From contig JBBTPY010000006.1 of the NCBI GenBank assembly GCA_038065955.1, positions 7,626 to 71,625 of the forward strand: DNA of 64,000 nt, in the 5' to 3' direction. Below are positions 39,293 to 50,200 of this stretch, piece by piece. The notes under the pieces were generated by a model. The model was not told the origin of the DNA and searched no databases. It worked only from the letters and a program-made list of their open reading frames with translations. How positions within the stretch are numbered: position 1 is the first letter of the stretch; each line of letters opens with the position of its first letter. A program made the position numbers and the translations under genes. Origin of the DNA: Patescibacteria group bacterium. GTDB lineage: Bacteria > Patescibacteriota > Minisyncoccia > UBA6257 > UBA9933.

Positions 39293-39997
39293 ATGAATTT
39301 GCCAAATCATGTCGTTGTAATTCCCGATGGTAATAGGCGGTGGGCGAGAAAAAAGGGGTCGCTTTATTTTTTTGGCCATCGCGAAGGCGCGAAAACGACG
39401 GAAAAAATTTTAAAAGCCGCTTTAGAGATGAAAATTTATCATCTCACTTTTTGGGGCAGCAGTTTGGATAATATTATCAAGAGACCCAAAAAAGAGGTTG
39501 AATTTTTATTTGATATTTTTGAAAAGAATTTTAAAAAATTGGTTAAAAATAAAGATATTCATAAAAATGGCGTTAAAGTGAACGCGCTTGGCAGATGGAG
39601 AGAGTTATTTCCGGAACGCGTTAAAAAAGCCATTGAAGAGGCGATTGAAAAAACAAAAAATTATAAAAATTACCATCTGACGTTTTTAATGGCTTATAGC
39701 GGTATTGATGAGATGACAAACGCAATCCAAGAGATTGCTAAAATCAGAAATCAGAAATCAGAAATCAAAATCGACGGAGATTTAATTAAAGAAAATCTTT
39801 GGACAAAAGATTTGCCGCCTGTTGATTTGGTTATTCGCACCGGCGGCGAACCGCATTGGTCGGCGGGAATGATGATGTGGGACGTGGCCGACGCCCAATT
39901 ATATTTTACCGAAACGCTTTATCCCGATTTTTCCGTGGAGGAATTCAAAAAAGCCGTTGAAAAATATCAAGAAACGGAAAGAAGATTAGGCAAATAA
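39293..39997 (+). CDS. uppS: Undecaprenyl diphosphate synthase
   Basis: HVVVIPDGNRRWA, GHREG, DLVIRTGGE. Confidence 0.95.
   Translation: MNLPNHVVVIPDGNRRWARKKGSLYFFGHREGAKTTEKILKAALEMKIYHLTFWGSSLDNIIKRPKKEVEFLFDIFEKNFKKLVKNKDIHKNGVKVNALGRWRELFPERVKKAIEEAIEKTKNYKNYHLTFLMAYSGIDEMTNAIQEIAKIRNQKSEIKIDGDLIKENLWTKDLPPVDLVIRTGGEPHWSAGMMMWDVADAQLYFTETLYPDFSVEEFKKAVEKYQETERRLGK
39741..39768. repeat. Heptamer tandem repeat (AAATCAG)x4 within uppS
   Basis: AAATCAG x3 plus AAATCAA. Confidence 0.85.
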
Positions 39998-40759
39998 ATT
40001 TTTAATTTTAGCGTATCGCCATCGTCCGTATTGGTCGCGTTCAAATTCGCATAATTGATATTTTTCTTTTTGAACTAATTTTTTAACGGCGTTTTTTTGA
40101 AGAGAATCAAATTCCAGCCAAATTTCGCCGTTTGATTTCAGACGATTTTTCGTTTGCTTAAGAAATTTTTTTATGTAAAATAATCCGTCTTTTTTGCCGA
40201 AAATCGCCGATAAAGGTTCATATTTTAAAACAGAAACGGAGATTATCTTTTTATTTTTAAGCGGCACATAAGGCGGATTGGCTAAAATAAAATTATATTT
40301 TTTATTAATTCCAATATTCTCAAAAATATTGGAATGAATTATTTGATAACGAGACGAGGCAATTTTGTTTAATTTCAGGTTTATTTTTATTTGTTTGATA
40401 AATTCCGGATTTTTTTCAATAAAATTAACATTGGTATTTTTGAGATTTTTCAAAATCGCAATACCGATGCATCCGGAACCGGCGAAAGCGTCAAGGATTT
40501 TCAGCCGACTGCCACGAGTTTTCGCAAAAGCGATAAATTTTTCCGTCCAATATTCGGTTTCCGGTCTGGGAATAAAAGGTTTTTGCGAAAGGTCAATTTG
40601 GCAATTCAAAAACGGTTTCCAGCCGATGATATAATCAAGCGGTTCGCCGGCTTTGAGCCGTTTCAAGTCATTTAAAAATTCAGGATGCCATTTGCCGGCG
40701 TATTTATCTTTGATTAAAAATTTGATTTTTTCGCTAATTTTTTTAATGTTATTTTTCAT
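39986..40759 (-). CDS. prmC: Release factor glutamine methyltransferase HemK/PrmC
   Basis: GEPLDYIIG, IPRPETE, DAFAGSGCIG, NPPY. Confidence 0.92.
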   Translation of the reverse strand: MKNNIKKISEKIKFLIKDKYAGKWHPEFLNDLKRLKAGEPLDYIIGWKPFLNCQIDLSQKPFIPRPETEYWTEKFIAFAKTRGSRLKILDAFAGSGCIGIAILKNLKNTNVNFIEKNPEFIKQIKINLKLNKIASSRYQIIHSNIFENIGINKKYNFILANPPYVPLKNKKIISVSVLKYEPLSAIFGKKDGLFYIKKFLKQTKNRLKSNGEIWLEFDSLQKNAVKKLVQKEKYQLCEFERDQYGRWRYAKIKNLFA

Positions 40760-40782
40760 AGATAATTGTTATTATATTTGAA

Positions 40783-41820
40783 ATGCGAATTTTAGCCATT
40801 GAAACATCTTGCGATGAAACGGCCTTGGCGATAGTTGAGGCGAAAGGAGGGTTAAAAAACCCGCGTTTTAAAATTTTGAAAAATTTAGTTGCCTCGCAAA
40901 TTAAAATTCATCGTCCTTTCGGCGGCGTGGTGCCGAATTTGGCTAAACGCGAGCATCTTAAAAATTTGCCGATTTTGTATAAAAAACTAGTGGCTAGTGG
41001 CAATACCCTAAACCCTGATTTAATCGCCGTCACGGTCGGTCCCGGATTAGAGCCGGCTTTGTGGACGGGCATAAATTTCGCGCGCGAAATTTATTCCGAC
41101 TTACGACAAACGACTAACAACAAACAACTTAAACTAATCGGCGTAAGTCATTTGGAAGGCCATCTTTATTCCAATATTCTTGAGAATATAAGAATGAAAA
41201 ATATTTTTCCGTCGATTCCGCTTATTGTTAGCGGCGGTCATACTATTTTGCTTTTAATGAAAGATTTAACTCATTATAAAAAACTCGGCGAAACAAGAGA
41301 CGACGCGGTTGGCGAAGCTTTTGATAAAGTGGCGCGGCTTTTAAATCTTTCTTATCCCGGCGGTCCGGAGATAGAAAAACTCGCGAAAAAAGGGAATCAT
41401 GAAGAGATTAATTTTCCCCGACCAATGATCAATCAAAAAAATTATGATTTCAGTTTTTCCGGGTTAAAAACAGCGGTTTTATATTATTTAAAGAATAGCG
41501 AAAATTTATCGGTAAAAAAAGAGGATGTGGCTGCCAGTTTCCAGCGAGCCGCTTTTGATGTTTTAATTTCAAAAACTTTGCGCGCCGTAAAAGAATTTTC
41601 CGCCAAATCAATAATGATTTCCGGCGGAGTGGCAACAAACAATTCTTTAAGGAATTGTTTAAAATCAAAAATTAAATCTCAAAAATCAAAAATTAAATTA
41701 TTTTTTCCAGAAAAAAAATTTTGCGCAGATAACGCGGTAATGATTGCCGTAGCCGGTTATATTAATTATTTACAAAAAAAGAACAGGCGATTATCGGCGC
41801 GGGGAAATCTTCGGTTGTGA
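40783..41820 (+). CDS. tsaD: tRNA t6A synthase TsaD
   Basis: IETSCDET, GGVVP, HLEGH, VSGGHT, DDAVGEAFDK, FSFSGLKT, DNAVMIA. Confidence 0.96.
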   Translation: MRILAIETSCDETALAIVEAKGGLKNPRFKILKNLVASQIKIHRPFGGVVPNLAKREHLKNLPILYKKLVASGNTLNPDLIAVTVGPGLEPALWTGINFAREIYSDLRQTTNNKQLKLIGVSHLEGHLYSNILENIRMKNIFPSIPLIVSGGHTILLLMKDLTHYKKLGETRDDAVGEAFDKVARLLNLSYPGGPEIEKLAKKGNHEEINFPRPMINQKNYDFSFSGLKTAVLYYLKNSENLSVKKEDVAASFQRAAFDVLISKTLRAVKEFSAKSIMISGGVATNNSLRNCLKSKIKSQKSKIKLFFPEKKFCADNAVMIAVAGYINYLQKKNRRLSARGNLRL

Positions 41821-41864
41821 AAAAGTTTGTCAAATTCTTATTATTTTTGGTATGATTATTTTTA

Positions 41865-42938
41865 ATGAGTGTAATAAATCTTCGACGGTTTGATTGGCCG
41901 TTGAATTTCTCCGTCTTATTTTTATTGTCGGTCGGGCTTTTGAGCTTGTTGAGCGCCAATCAATCTTTATTTTATAAACAATTTCTTTTTTTGGTTATCG
42001 GATTGATTTTTATTTTTACAATAATCAGATTTGATTGGCGGCCGTTTATTAATCACAAAGGAATTATTCTGGCAATTTATTTTTCAGTCGTTTTACTTCT
42101 TGTCGCCACTTATTTTTTCGCGCCGGTCATCAGGGGAGTAAGGGGCTGGCTGCCGCTTGGTCCGTTTCAGGTTCAAACGTCGGAATTTGCGAAAATCGCT
42201 TTGATTATTATTTTGGCCGGATTTTTCAGTCGAAAACATATCGGCATTGCCAGAATTTCCAACTTACTGGCCTCTTTTATTTATTTCGCGATTCCGGGAT
42301 TTTTAATCATTCTTCAGCCGGACCTCGGTTCAGCTTTAATTCTTTTTTTCATTTGGTTCGGTTTTCTTTTAGTTTCCGGAATTTATTGGCGGCATTTGGC
42401 GGTTTTTTCGCTGATTTTTTTAATCGCGGGAGCGGTAATGTGGACAAGTTTTTTAAAAGATTATCAAAAAGAAAGAATTCTCGGTCTTTTTTCTCCAGAG
42501 CGCGATCCGTTGGGGGTTAATTACAGCGTTATTCAGGCGAAAATTGCCATCGGTTCCGCCGGTTTTTTCGGCAAGGGATTCGGACAGGGAACGCAAACGC
42601 AGCTGGGTTTTTTGCCGGAAGCCCAGACGGATTTTATTTTTTCCGCCATTATTGAAGAGTTCGGTTTGATAGCCGGATTTTTGGCGATAGCGGCTTTTAC
42701 TGTTTTGATTTTCAGAATTATTAAAATTGGTTTTGGTTCGGATAATAATTTCAGTCGGTTTTTTTGCCTCGGAACGTCTATTCTTTTTTGCGCGCAATTT
42801 GTTTTAAATGTCGGTTCAAATCTCGGTTTGACGCCGGTAATAGGCGTAACTTTTCCATTTTTAAGTTACGGCGGGTCGTCTTTATTGACCAATTTAATTC
42901 TCGTTGGTATTATTCAATCTATCGCGCTCAAACGCTGA
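41865..42938 (+). CDS. rodA: SEDS protein RodA
   Basis: QTSEFAK, QPDLG, IAIGSAG, LPEAQTDFIF, PFLSYGGSS. Confidence 0.9.
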   Translation: MSVINLRRFDWPLNFSVLFLLSVGLLSLLSANQSLFYKQFLFLVIGLIFIFTIIRFDWRPFINHKGIILAIYFSVVLLLVATYFFAPVIRGVRGWLPLGPFQVQTSEFAKIALIIILAGFFSRKHIGIARISNLLASFIYFAIPGFLIILQPDLGSALILFFIWFGFLLVSGIYWRHLAVFSLIFLIAGAVMWTSFLKDYQKERILGLFSPERDPLGVNYSVIQAKIAIGSAGFFGKGFGQGTQTQLGFLPEAQTDFIFSAIIEEFGLIAGFLAIAAFTVLIFRIIKIGFGSDNNFSRFFCLGTSILFCAQFVLNVGSNLGLTPVIGVTFPFLSYGGSSLLTNLILVGIIQSIALKR

Positions 42939-42940
42939 AT

Positions 42941-43924
42941 ATGAAAATTATTTTATCAAAGCCGATAATTATTGGTTTATCGGCAACGGTTTTTTTAACG
43001 ATTTTTTTTCTTGGGAATTTTCGATTAAGCGCGGAAATTAACGGAACGCCGGCGTTCATCGATATTCCTTCGGGAACCGGTCTTAATGAAATAACCGAGA
43101 GGATTTATTCGACAAAACTTATTCGTTCCAAGGCGATTTTTAAAATTTACGCCATTTTAAGCGGCAAGGCGCATCTTTTAAAAAGCGGCAGTTATGAAAT
43201 TCAGCCGCCGGTTTCCATAACAGAACTTTTAAAAATTTTAACCGAAGGGCCGAAGGAAATCGCGGTTGTTATTTCTCCGGGGATGACCGTAAAAGAAATT
43301 GACACTCGGCTGACCGAGGCGAAAATCATAAAAAGCGGCGAGTTGATAAATTTTAAAAATGGTTTTTTGGAAGGATATTTAATGCCCGACACTTATTATT
43401 TTTATCGTAATTCCGATATTGATTTCGTCGTTAAAAAAATTTTGGACAATTTCAAAAATAAAATAGTCGAAATCGCCGGCGACCAAATCGGCGATTTGCG
43501 TTTTTTGGAGAAAAACGATAAACTAAAAAAAATATTGATAATCGCCTCTATGTTGGAAAAAGAAATTCCCGATGACGGAGAACGCGAAATAGCGGCCGGC
43601 ATATTAGAGAAACGGCTTAAAAATAAAATGCCCCTTCAGATTGACGCGACGATTATTTATTTGAAGTGCGGCGGCAGATTTTTAAATTGCGCTCCGCTTC
43701 AAAAAAGCGATTATAAAATTGATTCCCCGTACAATACTTATATTTATCAAGGATTGCCGCCCGCGCCAATAAGTAATCCTTCCTTAAGAGCGATTTTGGC
43801 GGCGATAAGGGGAAAAGATTCATCTTATTGGTATTATCTTTCCGACCCTAAAACAAAAAAGACGATTTTCAGTAAAACATTCGAAGAGCATAATAAAAAC
43901 AGAAAAAAATATTTAAACAGTTGA
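42941..43924 (+). CDS. mltG: Endolytic transglycosylase MltG
   Basis: LEGYLMPDTY, ASMLEKE, MPLQIDAT, SPYNTY..GLPPAPISNP; start placed after rodA stop. Confidence 0.92.
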   Translation: MKIILSKPIIIGLSATVFLTIFFLGNFRLSAEINGTPAFIDIPSGTGLNEITERIYSTKLIRSKAIFKIYAILSGKAHLLKSGSYEIQPPVSITELLKILTEGPKEIAVVISPGMTVKEIDTRLTEAKIIKSGELINFKNGFLEGYLMPDTYYFYRNSDIDFVVKKILDNFKNKIVEIAGDQIGDLRFLEKNDKLKKILIIASMLEKEIPDDGEREIAAGILEKRLKNKMPLQIDATIIYLKCGGRFLNCAPLQKSDYKIDSPYNTYIYQGLPPAPISNPSLRAILAAIRGKDSSYWYYLSDPKTKKTIFSKTFEEHNKNRKKYLNS

Positions 43925-43949
43925 CAAATATAAATTAAACGGATAAAAT
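43921..43949 (+). promoter_or_regulatory. Sigma70 promoter for rpoBC
   Basis: TTGACA-17 nt-TAAAAT. Confidence 0.75.
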
Positions 43950-44055
43950 GAAAAATTGTTAAGTAAGTATTTATTTCTGAAATAATATCTCAGGGAAAGA
44001 AAGAGGTTATTTTTTAGTGTTTTTTATTTTTTTTAAATTCTTTTTTTAAATAAAA

Positions 44056-47000
44056 TTGTCTAAATTGCCTGTTAAAATTTTTTCTTCTCATCCGGGCGCT
44101 TTTATTGAGCAGCCGTTTTTGGCGGAAATTCAAAATTTGTCTTGGGAGTGGTTTGTCAAAAAAGGATTGAAGGAAATTTTTGACGAAATTTCTCCAATAA
44201 AAGATTCAGCCGGCGAATTTGAGCTTTATTTTTCGGATCATTATTTTGACGAGCCGAAATACGATGAAGAAACCGCTTGGTCAAAGAGTTTAACCTATGA
44301 CGCGCCACTTAGAGTAAAGGCAAAATTAATCAATCTCCGCAGTAAAGAAACAAAAGAGCAGGAAATTTATCTTGGCGATTTTCCGATTATTACTTCCCGA
44401 GGCACTTTCATTATTAACGGCGTTGAGCGCGTGGTTATTTCGCAGCTTATTCGTTCGGCCGGCATTTATTTTACCTCTGAAGCGTATCGGGGGCGCAATC
44501 TTTTCGGCGCCAAAGTTATTCCCGACCGCGGTAGTTGGCTGGAATTTTCAACAGACCCCGACGGTTTTATCGGCGTTAAAATAGACCGGCACCGTAAAGC
44601 CGCGGCCACGGACCTTTTAAAAATTTTCGCGAATATTTTTAAACGCCGCGATTTAGAAACAAACGAAGCGATTTTAGATTTATTTAAAAATATTGATATC
44701 AATGCTGTTCATTTTATTGAAGCGACTTTGAAAAAAAGTGAAACCAAAAGTTCAATGGAGTCGTATATTGAAATTTATAAACGTTTGAGACCGGGCGATT
44801 TAGCCACTCCGGAAAACGCCAAAAATTTAATTGACGCGATGTTTGTAAGAAACGATCGTTACGGCCTTTCCGCCGCGGGCAGACATAAGATTAACGGCCG
44901 GTTAGAAATTTCTCGGGAGAAAAACAGTCCGCTTCTCGATTTAGACGACATTATTTTAATTATTAAAGAAATTATCAGACTTAATAACGATCCGGCAGCT
45001 ATTTCGGACGATGTTGACCATTTGGGTAATCGTCGCGTAAAGGCCGTCGGCGATTTGCTTCAGAGCCGGTTGCGAATCGGAATGGCGAGAGTTCGCCGGA
45101 CCGTTATTGACAGAATGTCCACTTTGGAAACTGCCGTTCTTACGCCCGTTCAGTTAATCAGCGCTCGGCCGTTGCAGGCGGTTGTTCGGGATTTTTTTAC
45201 CGCGTCGCAGTTGTCTCAATTTATGGACCAGGATAATCCTTTGGCAGAACTGGAACATAAACGGTGTCTTTCTTCTATGGGACCGGGCGGATTAACGCGG
45301 GAGCATGCCGGTTTTGAGGTGCGCGATGTTCATATTTCGCATTATGGCCGAGTTTGTCCGATTGAAACTCCGGAAGGGGCCAATATCGGCTTGATTAATC
45401 GTTTAGCCAATTACGCTCGGGTTAATGAATTAGGATTTTTGGAAACGCCTTACGTTAAAATTAAAAACGGGAAGGCGACTGATGAGATTATTTGGTTTGA
45501 AGCCAAAGATGAAGAAAAATATAAAATCGCCCATGGCGGAGTCAATCTTGATAAAAGCGGAAAAATTATTGATGAGAAAGTGGAAATTCGTTTTCTCGGC
45601 AAGCCGGGAACGTGTTCAAGTAAAGAAGTGGATTTAATGGATGTTTCGCCTCAGCAAATTTTAGGCGTGGCGGCTTCCATGATTCCATTTATAGAACATG
45701 ATGACGCCAATAGGGCTTTAATGGGTTCCAATATGCAGCGTCAAGCCGTGCCTTCAATTGTCGCTCAGGCGCCTTTGGTTTCCACGGGTATAGAAGAAAG
45801 AGCGGCCAAAGATTCCGGACGGTTGATAATCGCTGATTTTGACGGAACAGTGGCGGAGGCGGATGCTAAAAAAATCGTAATAGAAGATAAAAATAAAAAG
45901 AAAAAAATTTATTCTCTTAATAAATTCAAAAGATCAAACGATTATACCTGCGTTTCCCAGCGGCCATTGGTAAATAAAGGAGAAAATGTTAAAAAAGGCG
46001 ATGTTTTAGCCGATACGTCTTCAACCGAAAACGGCATTTTGGCGCTGGGGCAGAATTTATTGGTGGCTTTTATTTCTTGGGAAGGCGCGAATTTTGAAGA
46101 CGCGATTATTCTTTCGGAAAGGGCGGTAAGGGACGATTTTTTCACTTCCATCCGCATTGAAGATTTTTATTGCGATGTTCGCGAAACGAAATTGGGGCCG
46201 GAAATGACGACGCAGGATATTCCCAATATAAGCGAAGAAAAATTGAAAAATCTTGACGAAGAAGGGATTATCAGAATCGGAGCCGAAATTGCGGCAGGCG
46301 ATATTTTGGTCGGCAAAATTTCTCCAAAAGGAGAAACGGATTTTACTTCCGAAGAAAAATTGCTTCGGGCGATTTTCGGGGAAAAAGCAAAAGATATTAA
46401 AGACACTTCATTGGTTATGCCGCACGGAAAATCGGGCCGGGTGGTTGGCGTAAAAATTTTTTCGCGCGACCATGGCGACAAGTTAGAGCCCGGCATAATT
46501 AAAAGAATTCAAATTGAAATCGCCCAGTTGAGAAAAGTGATGGCCGGCGACAAATTAGCCGGCCGTCACGGCAATAAAGGCGTTATTTCTCAAATCAGGG
46601 CAGCGGAAGACATGCCTTATCTGGAAGACGGCACGCCGGTTGATATTATTTTAAATCCTTTGGGCGTTGCTTCAAGAATGAATCTTGGTCAAATTTTGGA
46701 AACTCATTTGGGTTTGGCCGCAAAGCGTCTCGGTTATCGGGCTGTTTCTCCTATTTTTTCCGGCGCCTCGGAAGAGGATATTAAAAATGAACTTAAAAAA
46801 GCGGGTTTTAACGAAAGCGGTAAACTCAAACTTTATGACGGCAGAACCGGCGAACCGTTCCCGGGGTATACTACGGTGGGTTATATTTATATGTTGAAAC
46901 TCAACCATTTGGTTGAAGATAAAATCCATATGAGGTCAATCGGTCCTTATTCGCTGATTACCCAACAGCCATTGGGTGGAAAAGCGCAATTCGGCGGACA

Positions 47001-47241
47001 GCGTTTTGGAGAAATGGAAGTCTGGGCTTTGGAAGGATATGGCGCGGCTTATACGCTTCAGGAAATGTTGACTATTAAATCGGATGATGTTTTAGGGAGA
47101 GCGGCCGCTTTTGAATCTATTATCAAACAGGAAAAAATTAAAAGTCCCAATATTCCTTCGGCGTTTAATGTTTTAGTAAGCGAAATTAAAGCGCTGGGAA
47201 TGGACATTGAAACAATACAACATGATAATTTAAAAAATTAA
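44056..47241 (+). CDS. rpoB: RNA polymerase beta subunit
   Basis: GTFIINGVERV, SQFMDQ, CPIETPEG, GDKLAGRHGNKG, GGQRFGEME; TTG start. Confidence 0.98.
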   Translation: MSKLPVKIFSSHPGAFIEQPFLAEIQNLSWEWFVKKGLKEIFDEISPIKDSAGEFELYFSDHYFDEPKYDEETAWSKSLTYDAPLRVKAKLINLRSKETKEQEIYLGDFPIITSRGTFIINGVERVVISQLIRSAGIYFTSEAYRGRNLFGAKVIPDRGSWLEFSTDPDGFIGVKIDRHRKAAATDLLKIFANIFKRRDLETNEAILDLFKNIDINAVHFIEATLKKSETKSSMESYIEIYKRLRPGDLATPENAKNLIDAMFVRNDRYGLSAAGRHKINGRLEISREKNSPLLDLDDIILIIKEIIRLNNDPAAISDDVDHLGNRRVKAVGDLLQSRLRIGMARVRRTVIDRMSTLETAVLTPVQLISARPLQAVVRDFFTASQLSQFMDQDNPLAELEHKRCLSSMGPGGLTREHAGFEVRDVHISHYGRVCPIETPEGANIGLINRLANYARVNELGFLETPYVKIKNGKATDEIIWFEAKDEEKYKIAHGGVNLDKSGKIIDEKVEIRFLGKPGTCSSKEVDLMDVSPQQILGVAASMIPFIEHDDANRALMGSNMQRQAVPSIVAQAPLVSTGIEERAAKDSGRLIIADFDGTVAEADAKKIVIEDKNKKKKIYSLNKFKRSNDYTCVSQRPLVNKGENVKKGDVLADTSSTENGILALGQNLLVAFISWEGANFEDAIILSERAVRDDFFTSIRIEDFYCDVRETKLGPEMTTQDIPNISEEKLKNLDEEGIIRIGAEIAAGDILVGKISPKGETDFTSEEKLLRAIFGEKAKDIKDTSLVMPHGKSGRVVGVKIFSRDHGDKLEPGIIKRIQIEIAQLRKVMAGDKLAGRHGNKGVISQIRAAEDMPYLEDGTPVDIILNPLGVASRMNLGQILETHLGLAAKRLGYRAVSPIFSGASEEDIKNELKKAGFNESGKLKLYDGRTGEPFPGYTTVGYIYMLKLNHLVEDKIHMRSIGPYSLITQQPLGGKAQFGGQRFGEMEVWALEGYGAAYTLQEMLTIKSDDVLGRAAAFESIIKQEKIKSPNIPSAFNVLVSEIKALGMDIETIQHDNLKN

Positions 47242-47245
47242 ATTT

Positions 47246-50200
47246 ATGGACTTCAACGCTATAAAAATTCAAATCGCCTCGCCGGAAAAAATTCTTTCTT
47301 GGTCGCGCGGCGAAGTTTTAAAACCGGAAACGATTAATTATCGGACGCAAAGGCCGGAAAAGGACGGTCTTTTTTCCGAGCGGATTTTCGGGCCGACCAA
47401 GGATTTTGAATGCTACTGCGGAAAATATAAAAAAATCCGTTATAAGGGCGTTGTTTGCGACCGTTGCGGTGTGGAAGTGACTCGTTCTTCGGTTCGCCGC
47501 GAGCGAATGGGGCATATTAAATTGGCTTCGCCGGTAACTCATATTTGGTTTTTAAGAAGCGTTCCTTCAAGAATCGGCGTTTTTATTGACGCGCCAATTC
47601 AAAAATTAACAAGAGTCGTTTATTATGCCGCTTACATCATTACCGCGGTCAACGAAGAAAATAGAAATAAATATCTTCAAGAAATTAAAAAGGAATTAAA
47701 ATCAAAAAAACAATCAATAGAAAAAGAGCGGTTAAAAGAACTTGACGAAGCCGCAAGCGCGGCCGAAAGCGCTCTTGAATCTTTGGCCGTCGGTCGCGTA
47801 ATCAATGAAACGGAATATCATAATTTAACTAAGCGTTTTAGCGGAGCTTTTGAGGCTCAAAACGGCGCCGAGGCGATTTATAATATTTTAAAGAGCGTTG
47901 ATTTGAAAAAAGAAACGGCAAAAATAGAAAAAGAACTGGAAGGCGTTAAAGATGCCGGCCGGCATAAAAAATTGCTTTTTAAGCTGAAAATTTGCCGTTC
48001 TTTTATTAAAAATGATTTAAGGCCAGAATGGATGGTTTTGGCGGTTTTGCCGATTTTGCCGCCGGAACTCCGGCCGATGGTAGCCTTAGAGGGCGGCCGT
48101 TACGCCACTTCCGACCTTAACGATTTATACCGGCGCGTAATCAACCGCAATAATAGGCTGAAAAAATTGATGGAAATCAAAGCTCCTGAAGTAATAATTA
48201 TTAATGAAAAAAGAATGTTGCAGGAGGCGGTGGACGCTTTAATTGATAATTCCGCCCGTTTAGGTTCTCAACAACAGCTTTCAAGCCGCCGCCGACCGTT
48301 GAAATCACTGGCAGATATTTTAAAAGGAAAACAAGGAAGATTCCGCCAAAATTTACTCGGCAAGCGGGTTGATTATTCCGGCCGTTCGGTGATTGTGGTC
48401 GGGCCTGAATTAAATCTCGACGAATGCGGTTTGCCGAAAAAGATGGCTCTGGAACTTTTTAAGCCGTTTATTATTTCAAAAATTATTGAAAGAAACATGG
48501 CTTACAATATCAGAAACGCTAATCGGCTGATTGAGGCGGCCGGAAGCGAGATTTGGGCGATTTTAGAAGAAGTCATTAAAGATAAGAAAGTTTTGCTTAA
48601 CCGCGCGCCGACGCTTCATCGCTTAGGCATTCAGGCTTTTAAACCGGTGTTGGTTGAAGGTTTGGCAATCAGAATCCCGCCAATGGTTTGTTCGGCTTTT
48701 AATGCCGATTTTGACGGCGACCAGATGGCGGTTTATTTGCCGCTTTCTTCCGAAGCTCAAAAAGAAGCGGAGGAATTAATGTTGGCTTCAAATAATATCG
48801 TAAAACCGGCGACCGGCGATCCTATCGCCCAGCCGACCCAAGACATTATTTTAGGATGTTATTCTCTTACGCGGTTGATTCGCGAAGACGATCAGGAAAA
48901 AGTTAAAGCGTTTTCAACCTATGAAGAGGCGATTATGGCCAACAACTTAGGTTATTTGAAATTTAATGAACCGATTAAAATGTTTTTAGACAAAGCATCG
49001 ATTGAAACAAGCGTTGGCCGATTGATTTTTAACAAGGTTTTCCCTGCGGATTTCGGTTTTGTCAATAAAACTATGAATAAAAAAGAATTAGGCAAATTGC
49101 TTTCCGAAATGATAGACAAATACGGTATCAAGAATATTTCTAAGACATTGGATAAAATAAAATCTCTCGGGTTTAAATATTCAACTATTTCCGGCGTAAG
49201 CTGGGGGATGGATGATTTGACGATACCCAAAGATAAAAAGAAAATTATCGCCGCGGCCGAACAGGAAGAAAATCTGATAAAACAGCAATATGAAGAAGGC
49301 CTTTTAACCGATTTTGAACGCCATGCCAGGGTGATCGGCATTTGGGATAAAACGAAAGAAGCCATTGCTAAATTAGTGCCTCAAGCCATTAACCCCATCG
49401 GCTCGGTTTATTCAATAATTGATTCCGGAAGCAGGGGTTCATGGAAACAGCCGGTGCAGATGATGGGGATGAAAGGTTTGGTCGCCAATCCTCAAGGCGA
49501 AACAATTGAATTGCCGATTAAATCGTCTTATAAAGAGGGATTAAGCGTTTTGGAATTTTTCATTAACACTCATGGCGCCAGAAAAGGATTGACGGACACC
49601 GCTTTGAAAACCGCTCAAGCCGGATATTTAACCCGCCGTTTAGTTGACGTCGCTCAAGATTTGATTATCAGAGAAGAAGATTGCGGCGCGACAGAGGGAA
49701 TTGAAATTAATCGTTTGGAAGGAGAGGAATACGGTTATTCTTTCGCTCAGCGGATATTTTCAAAAACGGCTCTTGATGACATTAAAGACGGTAATAAAAT
49801 TTTGGTTTCCGCCGGAAAAATTATCGATCGCAAGGCGGTTGAAGCGATTGAACGAGCGAAAATTGAAAAAATTTCAGCGCGTTCGCCTTTAACTTGTAAG
49901 ACTCTTTACGGTATTTGTTCAAAATGTTACGGCCTTGATTTAGGGAGATTGGAGCCGGTTAAATTGGGCGAGGCGGTCGGTGTTATCGCCGCTCAATCAA
50001 TCGGCGAGCCGGGAACGCAATTGACGCTAAGAACTTTTCATACCGGCGGCGTGGCGGGTCTTGATATCACTCACGGCCTTCAAAGGGTGCAGGAATTGCT
50101 CGAAGTCCGCATTCCTAAAGGTAAAGCTTTTATGGCGGAAGCCGACGGCGTTATTGAAGACATTGAAGAACGAAAAGGAATGAAAATCATTAAATTAAAA

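Noticed and set aside
42764-42940. Long N-terminal extension of MltG in the ORF track
   Set aside because: It overlaps rodA; the ATG at 42941 gives a normal TM-led MltG
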